From contig JAFZNQ010000076.1 in assembly GCA_017552965.1 (NCBI GenBank), positions 22,035-86,034 of the forward strand: DNA of 64,000 nt. Reading direction: 5' to 3'. The stretch is from Abditibacteriota bacterium (GTDB taxonomy: Bacteria; Armatimonadota; UBA5829). The position numbers and the translations under genes were made by a program. The notes under the pieces were generated by a model that did not search any database, was not told where the DNA came from, and was given only the letters and a program-made list of their open reading frames with translations. Below, piece after piece: positions 17,938 to 26,260 of the stretch; the first letter of the stretch is position 1; each line of letters opens with the position of its first letter.

Positions 17938-18756
17938 TTATTCTACGCCTATCAGGGTGATATCCTCGTTGCCGGCATACCAGCCAAAGTCGGGCAGCCA
18001 GTACATGTACTCGGACTGAGAAGCGCCGTCAATTCTCCAGACGTACTTGACCCTCACTGCAGGATAGGCCACGTCGTCCAGCATCACCATACCGGAGCCG
18101 TCCAGCTTGGCAGTGTAGCTGCTGCTGCTCCAGACTCCGTCGTAGCTGTGGACAAGGCCGTCAAACAGCTCGCTGCCGAAAGCCACGCCCTTGGCAGCTA
18201 TGACGCCGCCTTCCTCTATGTCGGCAAAGCAGATGGTGCCGTCATTGACGTTCTGGATGAAATAGGGATCGGCCTCGCGGGCAGCAGTCTTGCCTGTGGT
18301 CTCATCCTTCAGCAGGATATAGTCCGGATCGTCCAGCTCGTCGCTGGCGGTGACTACAGCGGTCTTGTCGGTGTAATCAAAGGTCTTGGTCCCGGAGAAC
18401 ACCTTGATGGAGCTGCCTGCCTTGACCTTGATCCGGCACTTGTCGGAGCCCTTGCCGCAGCTGGCCTTTATGTTGCAGGAGCCCTCGCCCACAGCGGTGA
18501 CCACACCGTCGCTGACGACGGCTACAGTCTCGTCCGTGCTGGTCCAGGTCACTTCTCCGCCGGCAGGGTCAGTCTCGGCGATCAGAGTGATCTGAGGGCA
18601 CAGGCCTTCGATCAGATTGGCCGTATGGATATTGAGCGCCACGGTATATTCGGGCTCGGGAGGGACCGGCTTTGTGCCGCCGCTGCCGCCGCAGCCGGCC
18701 ATAGAAACTACGATCGCAAACAATGCCAATACTACAATAGATGCTTTGATTTTCAT
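17938..18756 (-). CDS. lipoprotein with N-terminal Big_2-like Ig domain and unknown C-terminal domain
   Basis: Lipobox VSMAGC after the signal peptide. A Big_2-like segment (ITLIAETDPAGGEVTWTSTDETVAVVSDGVVTAVGEGSCNIKA) follows. The remaining 160 aa or so carry no motif I recognise. Confidence 0.75.
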   Translation of the reverse strand: MKIKASIVVLALFAIVVSMAGCGGSGGTKPVPPEPEYTVALNIHTANLIEGLCPQITLIAETDPAGGEVTWTSTDETVAVVSDGVVTAVGEGSCNIKASCGKGSDKCRIKVKAGSSIKVFSGTKTFDYTDKTAVVTASDELDDPDYILLKDETTGKTAAREADPYFIQNVNDGTICFADIEEGGVIAAKGVAFGSELFDGLVHSYDGVWSSSSYTAKLDGSGMVMLDDVAYPAVRVKYVWRIDGASQSEYMYWLPDFGWYAGNEDITLIGVE

Positions 18757-18766
18757 AACCTTTTCC

Positions 18767-21415
18767 TTATTTTCGAACTATGATTCTCGATGTTGCGCTT
18801 TTGTTGCCGTCATCGGTTTTGACCTTGATGAAGGTGGTTCCCCTCTTCACGCCTGTCACCACTCCGTTTTCATCCACCACGGCGATCCTGGGATCCAGCG
18901 ATGACCAATACACTTTTTTGTTGGTGGCATCCGAGGGCTTCACAGTCGCTTTCAGCTTCTGGGTCTGCCCCACTCTTATGACCAGCTGGGTGGGCCCCAC
19001 GGTGACTCCCGTGACCTTGACGGGAGGCGGAGGCGATTTGACCGTCACCTTGCACTGAGCCGTGAGACCTCCGTCCCGGGTAACGGCTGAAATGACCGCG
19101 CTGCCGGAGGTCAGCGCTGTGACCTTGCCCTTCTCGTCCACAGAGGCCACGAAGGCGTTGGACGACTTCCAGACCACTCTTTGGTCGGTGGTATCCGCCG
19201 GCAACACTTCGGCCTTCAGTTTGGATGTCTTGCCCTTAACCAGAGTCAGGGAGGTCTTGGAGAGAGATATGCTCTCGGGATGTATGATCCTGTCTATGAC
19301 CGTGATCTTGCACTTGGCCTTGAAGCCGCCTTCCTTGGTCTTCACCGTGATGGTGGTCTTGCCGGGGGTCAGAGTAGTCACGCGGCCGTTCTTGTCCACC
19401 TTGGCCACCTCGGGATCCGAGGAGGTCCACCTGACGTTCTTGTTGGCGGCGGTAGAGGGTATCACCTTGGCCTTCAGCTTCCGGACCACGTTGGTCTCCA
19501 GAGTCAGCTTCGAGTCGCTGAGAGTCACTCCCCGGACCTCCTCTTTCGAGAAGGTCTGCCGGCCGTTTTCATAATACTGCTTCATGATCCTGAAGAACGA
19601 ATAGGGCTCCAGGATCACCGCGTCGCCCTGCATGGCCTTGGTAAACCCGTCGTAAAAGGTCTTCTGGTCCGTGGGCGTCCACAGGATATTTCTGAGCATC
19701 AAAAAGTTGATGTTGCTCCTGTTAATGCCGGCTGCAATAGCCTGAGCGTCGGAAGGGCTGTTGAGAGAGCCCATGGTGATATAGGGCATGGTGTGCTTGT
19801 AAACGCCCTGGGACGAAGGCAGCTTTTGTCCCCCTATCCCGTCGGGAGCCAGCTCGGCATACATGTCAAACAGCTCCTCGGTCATCCTGGGAGCAAAGCC
19901 GTCTATGATAAAGCCCACGCAGGAAATATCAAACTGACTGAACCACTTCTCGCAGTGCCGCTTCCATTGCTCCACGCCGGAGGGGAGTTCGGAAAATCTG
20001 CGGGGCTCCGCCAGCGAGCCGGGATTGATGTATCCGGCGCCGCTGTCTCCGGCCACAAAGGTGTCGTTTCTGGTGGCGGTCTTTCTGAAGTAGTCCATGC
20101 CAAAGGCAAAACGCTGGCTGAGATTGGGATTGATAGCCCAGCCCAGAGGCACCTGCCCCCTGGTTTTGTCTTCCCAGATGGTGGGCATGCACTGATAGAG
20201 CCATGCGGCGGAGTCGTAGTCGCCTACGTAAACGCACAGATAGGTGGCCTTCAGGACCCTGCCCTTTTCGTCTATATAGCCCAGCTCCTGCAGCTCTTCC
20301 AGAGAGTTCTTGTGCTGGAGATAGGTGCTCTCCAGGGGAGCCTGACTGAACACCGAGGCGTTGGTCATATCCGAATAGCCTATGGCGTCGGCGTCCATAT
20401 AGCAGTTGTAATTGGAGAGCAGCTCCGCATGGCGCCACTCCGTATCCACGGGACCGTGGATGCCTCCGGCGGTGTCCCAATTGGTATATTTCATATTCCA
20501 GGGAGTGAAGCCGGATATCTGCACCATTTCGCCCTTGGCCTGAGTGTATTGGGACCGGAGTATCTCCATAAAGGTCTCCATATCCAGACCGGGTCTCTGG
20601 CCGGGATCGTCTATGGGGATCTCGTCATCCCACACGTCCAGGTCAAAGACAAAGGCTCTGTTCATGATCTGAAAGTCCTGATTCACCAGAGTAGCCAGAT
20701 CCAGATTGGAGGGGTTATTGTTGAGAGCAAAATAATAGTCTATATAATAACCCATGTACTCTTTGGAGCACAGGCCCTTGTCCAGATAATTGATCTTGGC
20801 CCATATATAGGCGTCGCATTTTGCCGATCCGGTAGAGTCCCGATCAGTGCCGGGGATCTTGCCCTTACCGGTAAACATGGAGGTACCGTCTTCGTTCAGC
20901 AGCCACCGCTTTACTTCCAGCCGTGGCCCGTCGTTGCCGGCCACCAGCCGGTTGTAGACAGAGCCCTCGGAGGTGTCATAACGCACGGGAGCCAGATTCT
21001 CGACTCCTGCTATGGTGGAAGCGATACAACTGGTAGCGGGGACATTGGGGTCATATACCACCGCGCCCTTGAACACGGAGCCGTATTTGTCATAGAGCTC
21101 GGAAAAATCAGCGATCTCGGTGAACTGGGTCTTTTCCAGCCACGCGCCCTCGGCCCTCATCTTGTTCAGCCAGAACCGGTCGGTGGCGCCGTTGGCGCCC
21201 TTGTACAGGAAATACAGCCGGGGACCGCTTCTGTTGACGATACCCTGCATGGCAGTCAGCACGTGCATCTCGTCCCAGGCATTCAGAAACACCTCTCTGG
21301 ATCCGTCCAGGCCCGCAGGCAGATAGGACAGACTGTAGAGGTCCATCTTGTCGGGAGCAGCCCATGCTGCAAGCGCCAGAATGACAAGCGCCAGGGAAAT
21401 GACTATTTTTTTCAT
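18767..21415 (-). CDS. secreted GxGYxYP-family putative glycoside hydrolase with three C-terminal Big_2 domains (882 aa)
   Basis: The ATG at 21415 gives signal peptide MKKIVISLALVILALAAWAAP; the ORF-track start at 21550 is an upstream extension. The GxGYxYP-type motif is present as SGAGYINPG. The C-terminal 254 aa are three Ig-like Big_2 repeats. Confidence 0.75.
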   Translation of the reverse strand: MKKIVISLALVILALAAWAAPDKMDLYSLSYLPAGLDGSREVFLNAWDEMHVLTAMQGIVNRSGPRLYFLYKGANGATDRFWLNKMRAEGAWLEKTQFTEIADFSELYDKYGSVFKGAVVYDPNVPATSCIASTIAGVENLAPVRYDTSEGSVYNRLVAGNDGPRLEVKRWLLNEDGTSMFTGKGKIPGTDRDSTGSAKCDAYIWAKINYLDKGLCSKEYMGYYIDYYFALNNNPSNLDLATLVNQDFQIMNRAFVFDLDVWDDEIPIDDPGQRPGLDMETFMEILRSQYTQAKGEMVQISGFTPWNMKYTNWDTAGGIHGPVDTEWRHAELLSNYNCYMDADAIGYSDMTNASVFSQAPLESTYLQHKNSLEELQELGYIDEKGRVLKATYLCVYVGDYDSAAWLYQCMPTIWEDKTRGQVPLGWAINPNLSQRFAFGMDYFRKTATRNDTFVAGDSGAGYINPGSLAEPRRFSELPSGVEQWKRHCEKWFSQFDISCVGFIIDGFAPRMTEELFDMYAELAPDGIGGQKLPSSQGVYKHTMPYITMGSLNSPSDAQAIAAGINRSNINFLMLRNILWTPTDQKTFYDGFTKAMQGDAVILEPYSFFRIMKQYYENGRQTFSKEEVRGVTLSDSKLTLETNVVRKLKAKVIPSTAANKNVRWTSSDPEVAKVDKNGRVTTLTPGKTTITVKTKEGGFKAKCKITVIDRIIHPESISLSKTSLTLVKGKTSKLKAEVLPADTTDQRVVWKSSNAFVASVDEKGKVTALTSGSAVISAVTRDGGLTAQCKVTVKSPPPPVKVTGVTVGPTQLVIRVGQTQKLKATVKPSDATNKKVYWSSLDPRIAVVDENGVVTGVKRGTTFIKVKTDDGNKSATSRIIVRK
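18770..19531 (-). repeat. triple-Big_2 C-terminal cassette, copy A (254 codons)
   Basis: It aligns gap-free with codons of 21596-22357. I count about 169/254 identical residues. Confidence 0.8.
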
Positions 21416-21532
21416 CGTTCTTTTGACAGGTAACAGCATGCTCATTATGTGATCTCGCAGTATATTCCCGACCCGGGTCCGGGCCAATCGGGACAGGACA
21501 AAGGGGCCTGCCCTGCAGATGATATTCAAATC

Positions 21533-21565
21533 GGTGTATGCTCCGGACAAGCCGGAACATACACC
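21533..21565 (-). terminator. hairpin after the C1 peptidase gene (possible partial terminator)
   Basis: 14-bp stem including one G-U pair (GGTGTATGCTCCGG / CCGGAACATACACC) with a 5-nt loop. On the minus strand it is followed by GAUUUGAAUAU, a weak U tract. Confidence 0.5.
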
Positions 21566-21592
21566 ACTAAATGCCTCGCAGCAGAAAAGTCC

Positions 21593-23869
21593 TTATCTGC
21601 GGACGATAACTCTGGCCGTAGCGGTCTTGGAGCCGTCGTCGGTCTTGACCTTGATAAAGGTGGTACCCGCCTTGACGCCGGTGACCTTGCCCTTTTCGTC
21701 CACAGTGGCTATCTTGGTGTTCGCAGAAGTCCAGACGACCTTTTTGTCCGTGGCGTTCTTGGGCAGCACGGTGGCAGTCAGGGCAGCGGTCTGTCCCACC
21801 TTGATTGTCAGGTTGGAGGGACCGAGCTTGACGCCGGTGACCTTGACGGGCTCGGGAGGATTCTTGACGTTCACGGTGCAGGCGGCGGATACGCCGTTGT
21901 CTGCAGCGTAAGCTGTGATCACAGCCTTGCCGGGGGTGAGACCTGTCACAACGCCCTTGCTGTCAACAGAAGCCACAAAGGAATTGGAGGACTTCCACTT
22001 CACGGTCTTGTCGGTGGCGTTGTCGGGATTCACGGTAGCCTTCAGCTTGACAGTCTTGTCCTTGCCGATAGTGACCGAGGTCTTGTTCAGGGTGATGCTT
22101 TCGGGATGGATGATCGCGTCGATGACGGTCACCTTGCACTTGGCCTTGAAGCCGCCGTCCTTGGTCTTCACGGTGACTGTGGCTTTGCCGGCAGCCAGAG
22201 TGGTGATGCGGCCGTTCTTGTCGACCGTGAGCACCGAGGGATCGGAGCTGGTCCACTTCACAGCCTTATTCTCGGCGGTGGAAGGGGACACGGTGGCAGT
22301 CAGCTTCTTGACTATGCCCTTCTCCAGAGTCAGCTTGGAATAGTTGAGGCTGACGCCGGATACGACGCTGCTGGACTTGGTATAAAGGCGTATACCGATA
22401 TTGCCGGCTATGTATGACGACAGGGGCTTGTAGCTGCCGTTGTAATAGACGTAGTTGGTGCCGTTGGAAATCACTCTGGGATAAGTGTCGATGTCTACGT
22501 TGGTTTCGATGGGCACGAAGAACTGTCCTCTGCCGCTCCCGTCATAGTTGTAATCGCCATAGACTCTGATCTTGTCGCCCTTCTTCACGGAGAAATTGAC
22601 GTCCAGCACGTAGGAGCCGGCATATTCATACTTTTTACCCACGGAAGCCACGTCTGCGCCATTGACCTGGATGTCAAACATGACAGAAGCAGGGGCGAAC
22701 ACTTCTGTGGACAGGGCCCTGATGTCCAGATCGTCGGGAGCGGTAAACTCCACGTAGCAATTCTTGGCGGCAAAGGAGCTGAAAGCATAGCCGGTACAGT
22801 TGGTGATGAGGCCGTTGTACCGATCCTTGGTGGTATCTATGTCGTAAAGGCTTACGAAGTCAGATGTGTTGGGATTGTAGTAGGACATCCAGAAATAGCC
22901 GCCGTCACCCCAGCCGGGGCCCCAGCTGTTGCGCACCAGAAAAGCGCCGTCGCCGGGAGCGGGAGTCACGAAGTTGTCGGCGGAATAGTTGTCATCCCAT
23001 CCGACCAGGGCCACTATATGGTAGTTGCCGGTAATGGAAGAATCGTCAACGAAATAACTCCACTCGTTGCCTCTGACCCTGATATAGTCATCATAGTGCG
23101 AGTAAGTTATCTGGACAGCGCCGTGCTTGTAGATCTCGTCCTTGACATTGGACAGCTCTTCGGTCTTCAGCACGAACATAGTCTCTTCTTCTTCTTCGTC
23201 ATCGTCGGCGCGTTTGAGAGAAGCCGTTTCCTCTTCTTCCTCTTCGGGAACAGGCACTTCTTCCATAACAGCAGAGCAGATGTAACTGGTGGATCTGATG
23301 ACAGCCCTGCGCTCAGGCTGCTTGGTAAGAGCGGGAATGGGCAGTCTGGTGATGTAGGGATCTTCACTCTCAAACACCGGGCCCAGGAGCCTGGCGTAAT
23401 AAGCGCCGGAAGAATGATAGTTGCCGCCGGAATCCATGTTCACCTTAAAGGGGGTGCTGCGGACAATGTTCAGCTCGGAATAATCGATGCTGCCCAGCCC
23501 CTGCTTGATATACGCGCTTTCTACGCTGGCCAAAGAGCCGAAGGTCCAGCAAGTCCCGAAGGGATTCTGATTGCGCACTTCGCTCACCTGTCCCCTGTCG
23601 ACCAGGCTGAAGTAAGTACCGTGATCCGGAGCCTTTTTGCTTGTTCCGGCTGTGGGGCTGACAGGCTCTACAGCGATGGGAAGACCTCCGGTGGTCATGC
23701 CTCCCGCAGTAGTATAGGGCCCGTAAAGGACTCTTTCAAGGGCAGTGCCCTTTACTCTCAAATATTGCTGATACTTTTCCGAGATCGGTGCAGTCAAATC
23801 AGCATACACGGCCGCCGCCGCCGCTATCAGCAACAGAGACAGGCACAGCTGCATCATGAACTTTCTCAT
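21593..23869 (-). CDS. secreted papain-family (C1) cysteine peptidase with three C-terminal Big_2 domains
   Basis: Signal peptide. Catalytic motifs: NQNPFGTCWTFGS (Gln/Cys), YHIVALVGWDD (His), NSWGPGWGDGGYFWMSY (Asn/Trp). An acidic insert lies between the Cys and His regions. AAGGAGG lies upstream of the ATG. Confidence 0.88.
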   Translation of the reverse strand: MRKFMMQLCLSLLLIAAAAAVYADLTAPISEKYQQYLRVKGTALERVLYGPYTTAGGMTTGGLPIAVEPVSPTAGTSKKAPDHGTYFSLVDRGQVSEVRNQNPFGTCWTFGSLASVESAYIKQGLGSIDYSELNIVRSTPFKVNMDSGGNYHSSGAYYARLLGPVFESEDPYITRLPIPALTKQPERRAVIRSTSYICSAVMEEVPVPEEEEEETASLKRADDDEEEEETMFVLKTEELSNVKDEIYKHGAVQITYSHYDDYIRVRGNEWSYFVDDSSITGNYHIVALVGWDDNYSADNFVTPAPGDGAFLVRNSWGPGWGDGGYFWMSYYNPNTSDFVSLYDIDTTKDRYNGLITNCTGYAFSSFAAKNCYVEFTAPDDLDIRALSTEVFAPASVMFDIQVNGADVASVGKKYEYAGSYVLDVNFSVKKGDKIRVYGDYNYDGSGRGQFFVPIETNVDIDTYPRVISNGTNYVYYNGSYKPLSSYIAGNIGIRLYTKSSSVVSGVSLNYSKLTLEKGIVKKLTATVSPSTAENKAVKWTSSDPSVLTVDKNGRITTLAAGKATVTVKTKDGGFKAKCKVTVIDAIIHPESITLNKTSVTIGKDKTVKLKATVNPDNATDKTVKWKSSNSFVASVDSKGVVTGLTPGKAVITAYAADNGVSAACTVNVKNPPEPVKVTGVKLGPSNLTIKVGQTAALTATVLPKNATDKKVVWTSANTKIATVDEKGKVTGVKAGTTFIKVKTDDGSKTATARVIVRR
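21596..22357 (-). repeat. triple-Big_2 C-terminal cassette, copy B (254 codons)
   Basis: See copy A. Shared strings include GTTFIKVKTDDG, FKAKCK.TVID.IIHPESI, VKVTGV and WKSSN.FVASVD. Confidence 0.8.
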
Positions 23870-23905
23870 GTATTCAGGCCTCCTTATTAAGGTATAGATA
23901 TATTT

Positions 23906-23934
23906 ATTATAGCACTATTTCAAGATATAGTCAA
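23906..23934 (-). promoter_or_regulatory. strong candidate sigma70 promoter of the peptidase/glycosidase/lipoprotein operon
   Basis: The minus strand reads TTGACT (23934-23929), an exactly 17-nt spacer, then TGC-TATAAT (-10 at 23911-23906). It is about 37 nt upstream of the ATG at 23869. Confidence 0.6.
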
Positions 23935-23957
23935 ACCTGCAGACAGAAATTTTTTTC

Positions 23958-23992
23958 AAAAAAAGACCGATGAGCCGGGGGCTTGTCGGTCT
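23958..23992 (-). terminator. rho-independent terminator of grpE
   Basis: Imperfect GC-rich stem AGACCGAtgAGCC-GGG-GGCTtgTCGGTCT (23964-23992). On the minus strand it is followed by U7 (A-run 23958-23964). Confidence 0.65.
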
Positions 23993-24000
23993 GTCGGTAT

Positions 24001-24708
24001 TTACGCCTCTTTGTCTTCAAAATTGCCGGAGGATACTATCACCTTGGCGGGACGGAGCACCGTATCGCCCATGATGTAGCCCTTTTCCACCTCTTCGATG
24101 ATGGTCTCCTTGGGGACGTCGGGGCTGTTCACGGCCAGCACGCAGTCGTGGAGACCGGGATCGAAGGTGGCGCCCACGCTCTCTATCTCCCTGACGTCCT
24201 CCTTTTCCAGGATGCCGCCCAGGAGCTTCTGGAGCATGTTCATGCCCTCCAGCAGGTTCTCAAAGCTCTGGTCCTCCAGAGCCGCCTTTTCCGCTCTGGT
24301 AAAATTGTCCGAGAGAGCCAGCAGCTCTTTGAGGAGCCCTGCCTTGCTGCGCTGTATCTTGGTAAAGGCTTCTTCTCTGGTCCGGCGCTTGAAGTTCTCA
24401 AAGTCCGCCTGGGTCCTCAGGAGCTTGTCCTCCAGCTCGTTGGAGATGATCCTCTGCTCCTCCAGCTGCTTTTTTACCGCAGCGAGAGCCCCGGAGGAGC
24501 CTCCGTCCCCCGTGAGCATGGCGTCCAGATCTATGGAGCCGCCGGGATCCTCATCACCGTCTTCGTAGCCGGCTCCGTCTTCCGCGTCCGCGGGATCCGC
24601 CGGATAATCGGGCTCCGGCTCCTCTTCCTCCGCGGCCTCGGCATCGCTGCCGATCTGACTCAGCAGCTCCTCCAGACTGGATTTGTCGTCTATATCTATG
24701 GTCTTCAA
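24001..24708 (-). CDS. grpE: nucleotide exchange factor GrpE
   Basis: Acidic N-terminus, coiled coil with LLRTQADFENFKRRTREE, and a C-terminal beta domain (FDPGLHDCV...GYIMGDTVLRPAKV). TTG start after AGGTGA. Confidence 0.93.
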   Translation of the reverse strand: MKTIDIDDKSSLEELLSQIGSDAEAAEEEEPEPDYPADPADAEDGAGYEDGDEDPGGSIDLDAMLTGDGGSSGALAAVKKQLEEQRIISNELEDKLLRTQADFENFKRRTREEAFTKIQRSKAGLLKELLALSDNFTRAEKAALEDQSFENLLEGMNMLQKLLGGILEKEDVREIESVGATFDPGLHDCVLAVNSPDVPKETIIEEVEKGYIMGDTVLRPAKVIVSSGNFEDKEA

Positions 24709-24741
24709 ATCATCACCTGCATTCTGATGTTATACATCTTT

Positions 24742-24750
24742 ATTATAGCA
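24742..24750 (-). promoter_or_regulatory. extended -10 element (TGCTATAAT) upstream of grpE
   Basis: The minus strand reads TGC-TATAAT, 34 nt upstream of the grpE start. No good -35 is present. Confidence 0.4.
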
Positions 24751-24774
24751 CTTTTTGCTGAGGATTGCCACAGG

Positions 24775-26253
24775 TCACAGGAACCGGCAGATGGTCTCTC
24801 CGCCGTCTGTCATGAGGCCTATGCCCACCTCCGGCTCCGGCATACGGCCCCAGGCGGCGTGGAGCAGCAGAGCGTCGTCCAGATATACGTCGATCCTGTC
24901 CTCATAGCCTATCACCTTCAGGCGCAGCTTGCTCCCGGGAGGTACGCTGCGGGTGTTCCAGATATTGTGGGACATGTCCGCCATGGTGGATATCTGCACA
25001 GTCCTCTCCTTTTTGTCATAGTATATGCAGGTATCTCCGTGAGAGGTGTCCGACCCGGGATGGGGCCTGATCACTATGCCGCCGCCCCGCCCCCGGACCT
25101 CCAGCAGGCATTCCACACAATAGCCTGCCGAGGGAGCGTTGAATATATGGGCAGCCTGATAGCCTGCAGGCGACGAACCCCGATAGACCCCGTCCCTCAA
25201 CTCCCATTTGCCCGGAGTGAATTTCCAGACGGGATGGGGCCAGAGGGCTCTTGCGGCGGCGCCGGGGCCGGGCCGGGAGGGCTCTGTCTTCAGGAGCCGA
25301 ACTGGCTCCTCCAGCCACAGCCGGGAGCCCTTTGCCTTCACCAGATAGGGCCGGGAAGCGGTGGCTGCGCAGAATATGCCGTAGCGCTCTCCTCCGAAAG
25401 TCAGAGTCCTGAAGCAGCCTCCCGCCGCCAGCAGCACGTTGCTGCGGGGCTCCCGGAAGGGTCCGAAGGGGGAGTCGGCCACTGCGTAGATGTTGGCCCT
25501 GGAAACGTGCTTGTCCGCCAGGCGGACTATGCTGCCGTATTCGTTGGCGGTGGACATGGTGAGATACCATTTGCCCTGCAGGCAAAACACGTCGGGGCAT
25601 TCGGTACAGGAATATTTGTCTGAGGTAAATACGGGGGGCAGCAGCTGCCAGTGGAGCAGGTCCTTGCTCCGGGCGCAGCCGATGCAGTTGGTATCGATGG
25701 CTCCCTTTCCCTTTCTGCGGGCCACAAAGTAGCCCACGTAGCCGTCTTCATATTCGGTGACGGTCAGATCCCGGCAATCGATGCTGCCGCACACGGAGGG
25801 GTCGGTGATATACCAGGGCTCCCCGGGCTCTATGACGGGGCCTTGTTTCTCAAAGCGCTGTCCGTCTTCGGAGACGGCCAGCCCTATCTTTTGCTTTGCG
25901 CCCTCGTCCGCGGAGCTGCGCATGGTGTAAAACAGATAGTATCTGCCGTCCTTATAGACGGTGCAGCCGGTCCAGGGCTGCAGGTCGTCCGCGGCGCCCG
26001 GTTCCCCGGGAGGAAGACACCCGGGCTGCTCGCGCCAGCTGATAAGATCGCTGCTGACGGCATGCCCCAGAATGTCTTCGGTCCCGGCAGGAGACACGGA
26101 ATCCGGACCTCTGTAAGTAAGGTAATAGAGATGGGCCCTCTCCCCGTCATACACGCTCCAGCCGTCCCAGACCATCAGGTCCGAGGGTCTGTAATCGCAC
26201 AGAGCGCTCAGGGGAAGGATCGCAAGAAGAAGCGCAAGGGCTATCTTTACCAT
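24775..26253 (-). CDS. secreted clan GH-J (GH32/GH68-like) five-bladed propeller glycosidase with C-terminal beta-sandwich
   Basis: Signal peptide. VWDGW resembles the GH68 VWDSW nucleophile motif. CRDLTV is RD(P)-like. TECPDVF matches the GH32 ECP acid/base motif. The C-terminal part of about 150 aa is lectin-like. Confidence 0.6.
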   Translation of the reverse strand: MVKIALALLLAILPLSALCDYRPSDLMVWDGWSVYDGERAHLYYLTYRGPDSVSPAGTEDILGHAVSSDLISWREQPGCLPPGEPGAADDLQPWTGCTVYKDGRYYLFYTMRSSADEGAKQKIGLAVSEDGQRFEKQGPVIEPGEPWYITDPSVCGSIDCRDLTVTEYEDGYVGYFVARRKGKGAIDTNCIGCARSKDLLHWQLLPPVFTSDKYSCTECPDVFCLQGKWYLTMSTANEYGSIVRLADKHVSRANIYAVADSPFGPFREPRSNVLLAAGGCFRTLTFGGERYGIFCAATASRPYLVKAKGSRLWLEEPVRLLKTEPSRPGPGAAARALWPHPVWKFTPGKWELRDGVYRGSSPAGYQAAHIFNAPSAGYCVECLLEVRGRGGGIVIRPHPGSDTSHGDTCIYYDKKERTVQISTMADMSHNIWNTRSVPPGSKLRLKVIGYEDRIDVYLDDALLLHAAWGRMPEPEVGIGLMTDGGETICRFL

Positions 26254-26260
26254 GGCTGTA

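Noticed and set aside
23183-23245. GAA/GAG-rich tract considered as a microsatellite or CRISPR-like repeat
   Set aside because: It is in-frame coding sequence for an acidic loop and is not a regular tandem repeat. There are no spacer-repeat periodicity and no cas genes.
24743-24769. CIRCE (HrcA operator) upstream of grpE
   Set aside because: ATAGCACTT-N9-GATTGCCAC matches only 13/18 positions of TTAGCACTC-N9-GAGTGCTAA. The two halves are not inverted repeats of each other. The left-half similarity is explained by the TGCTATAAT extended -10, which recurs upstream of unrelated genes.
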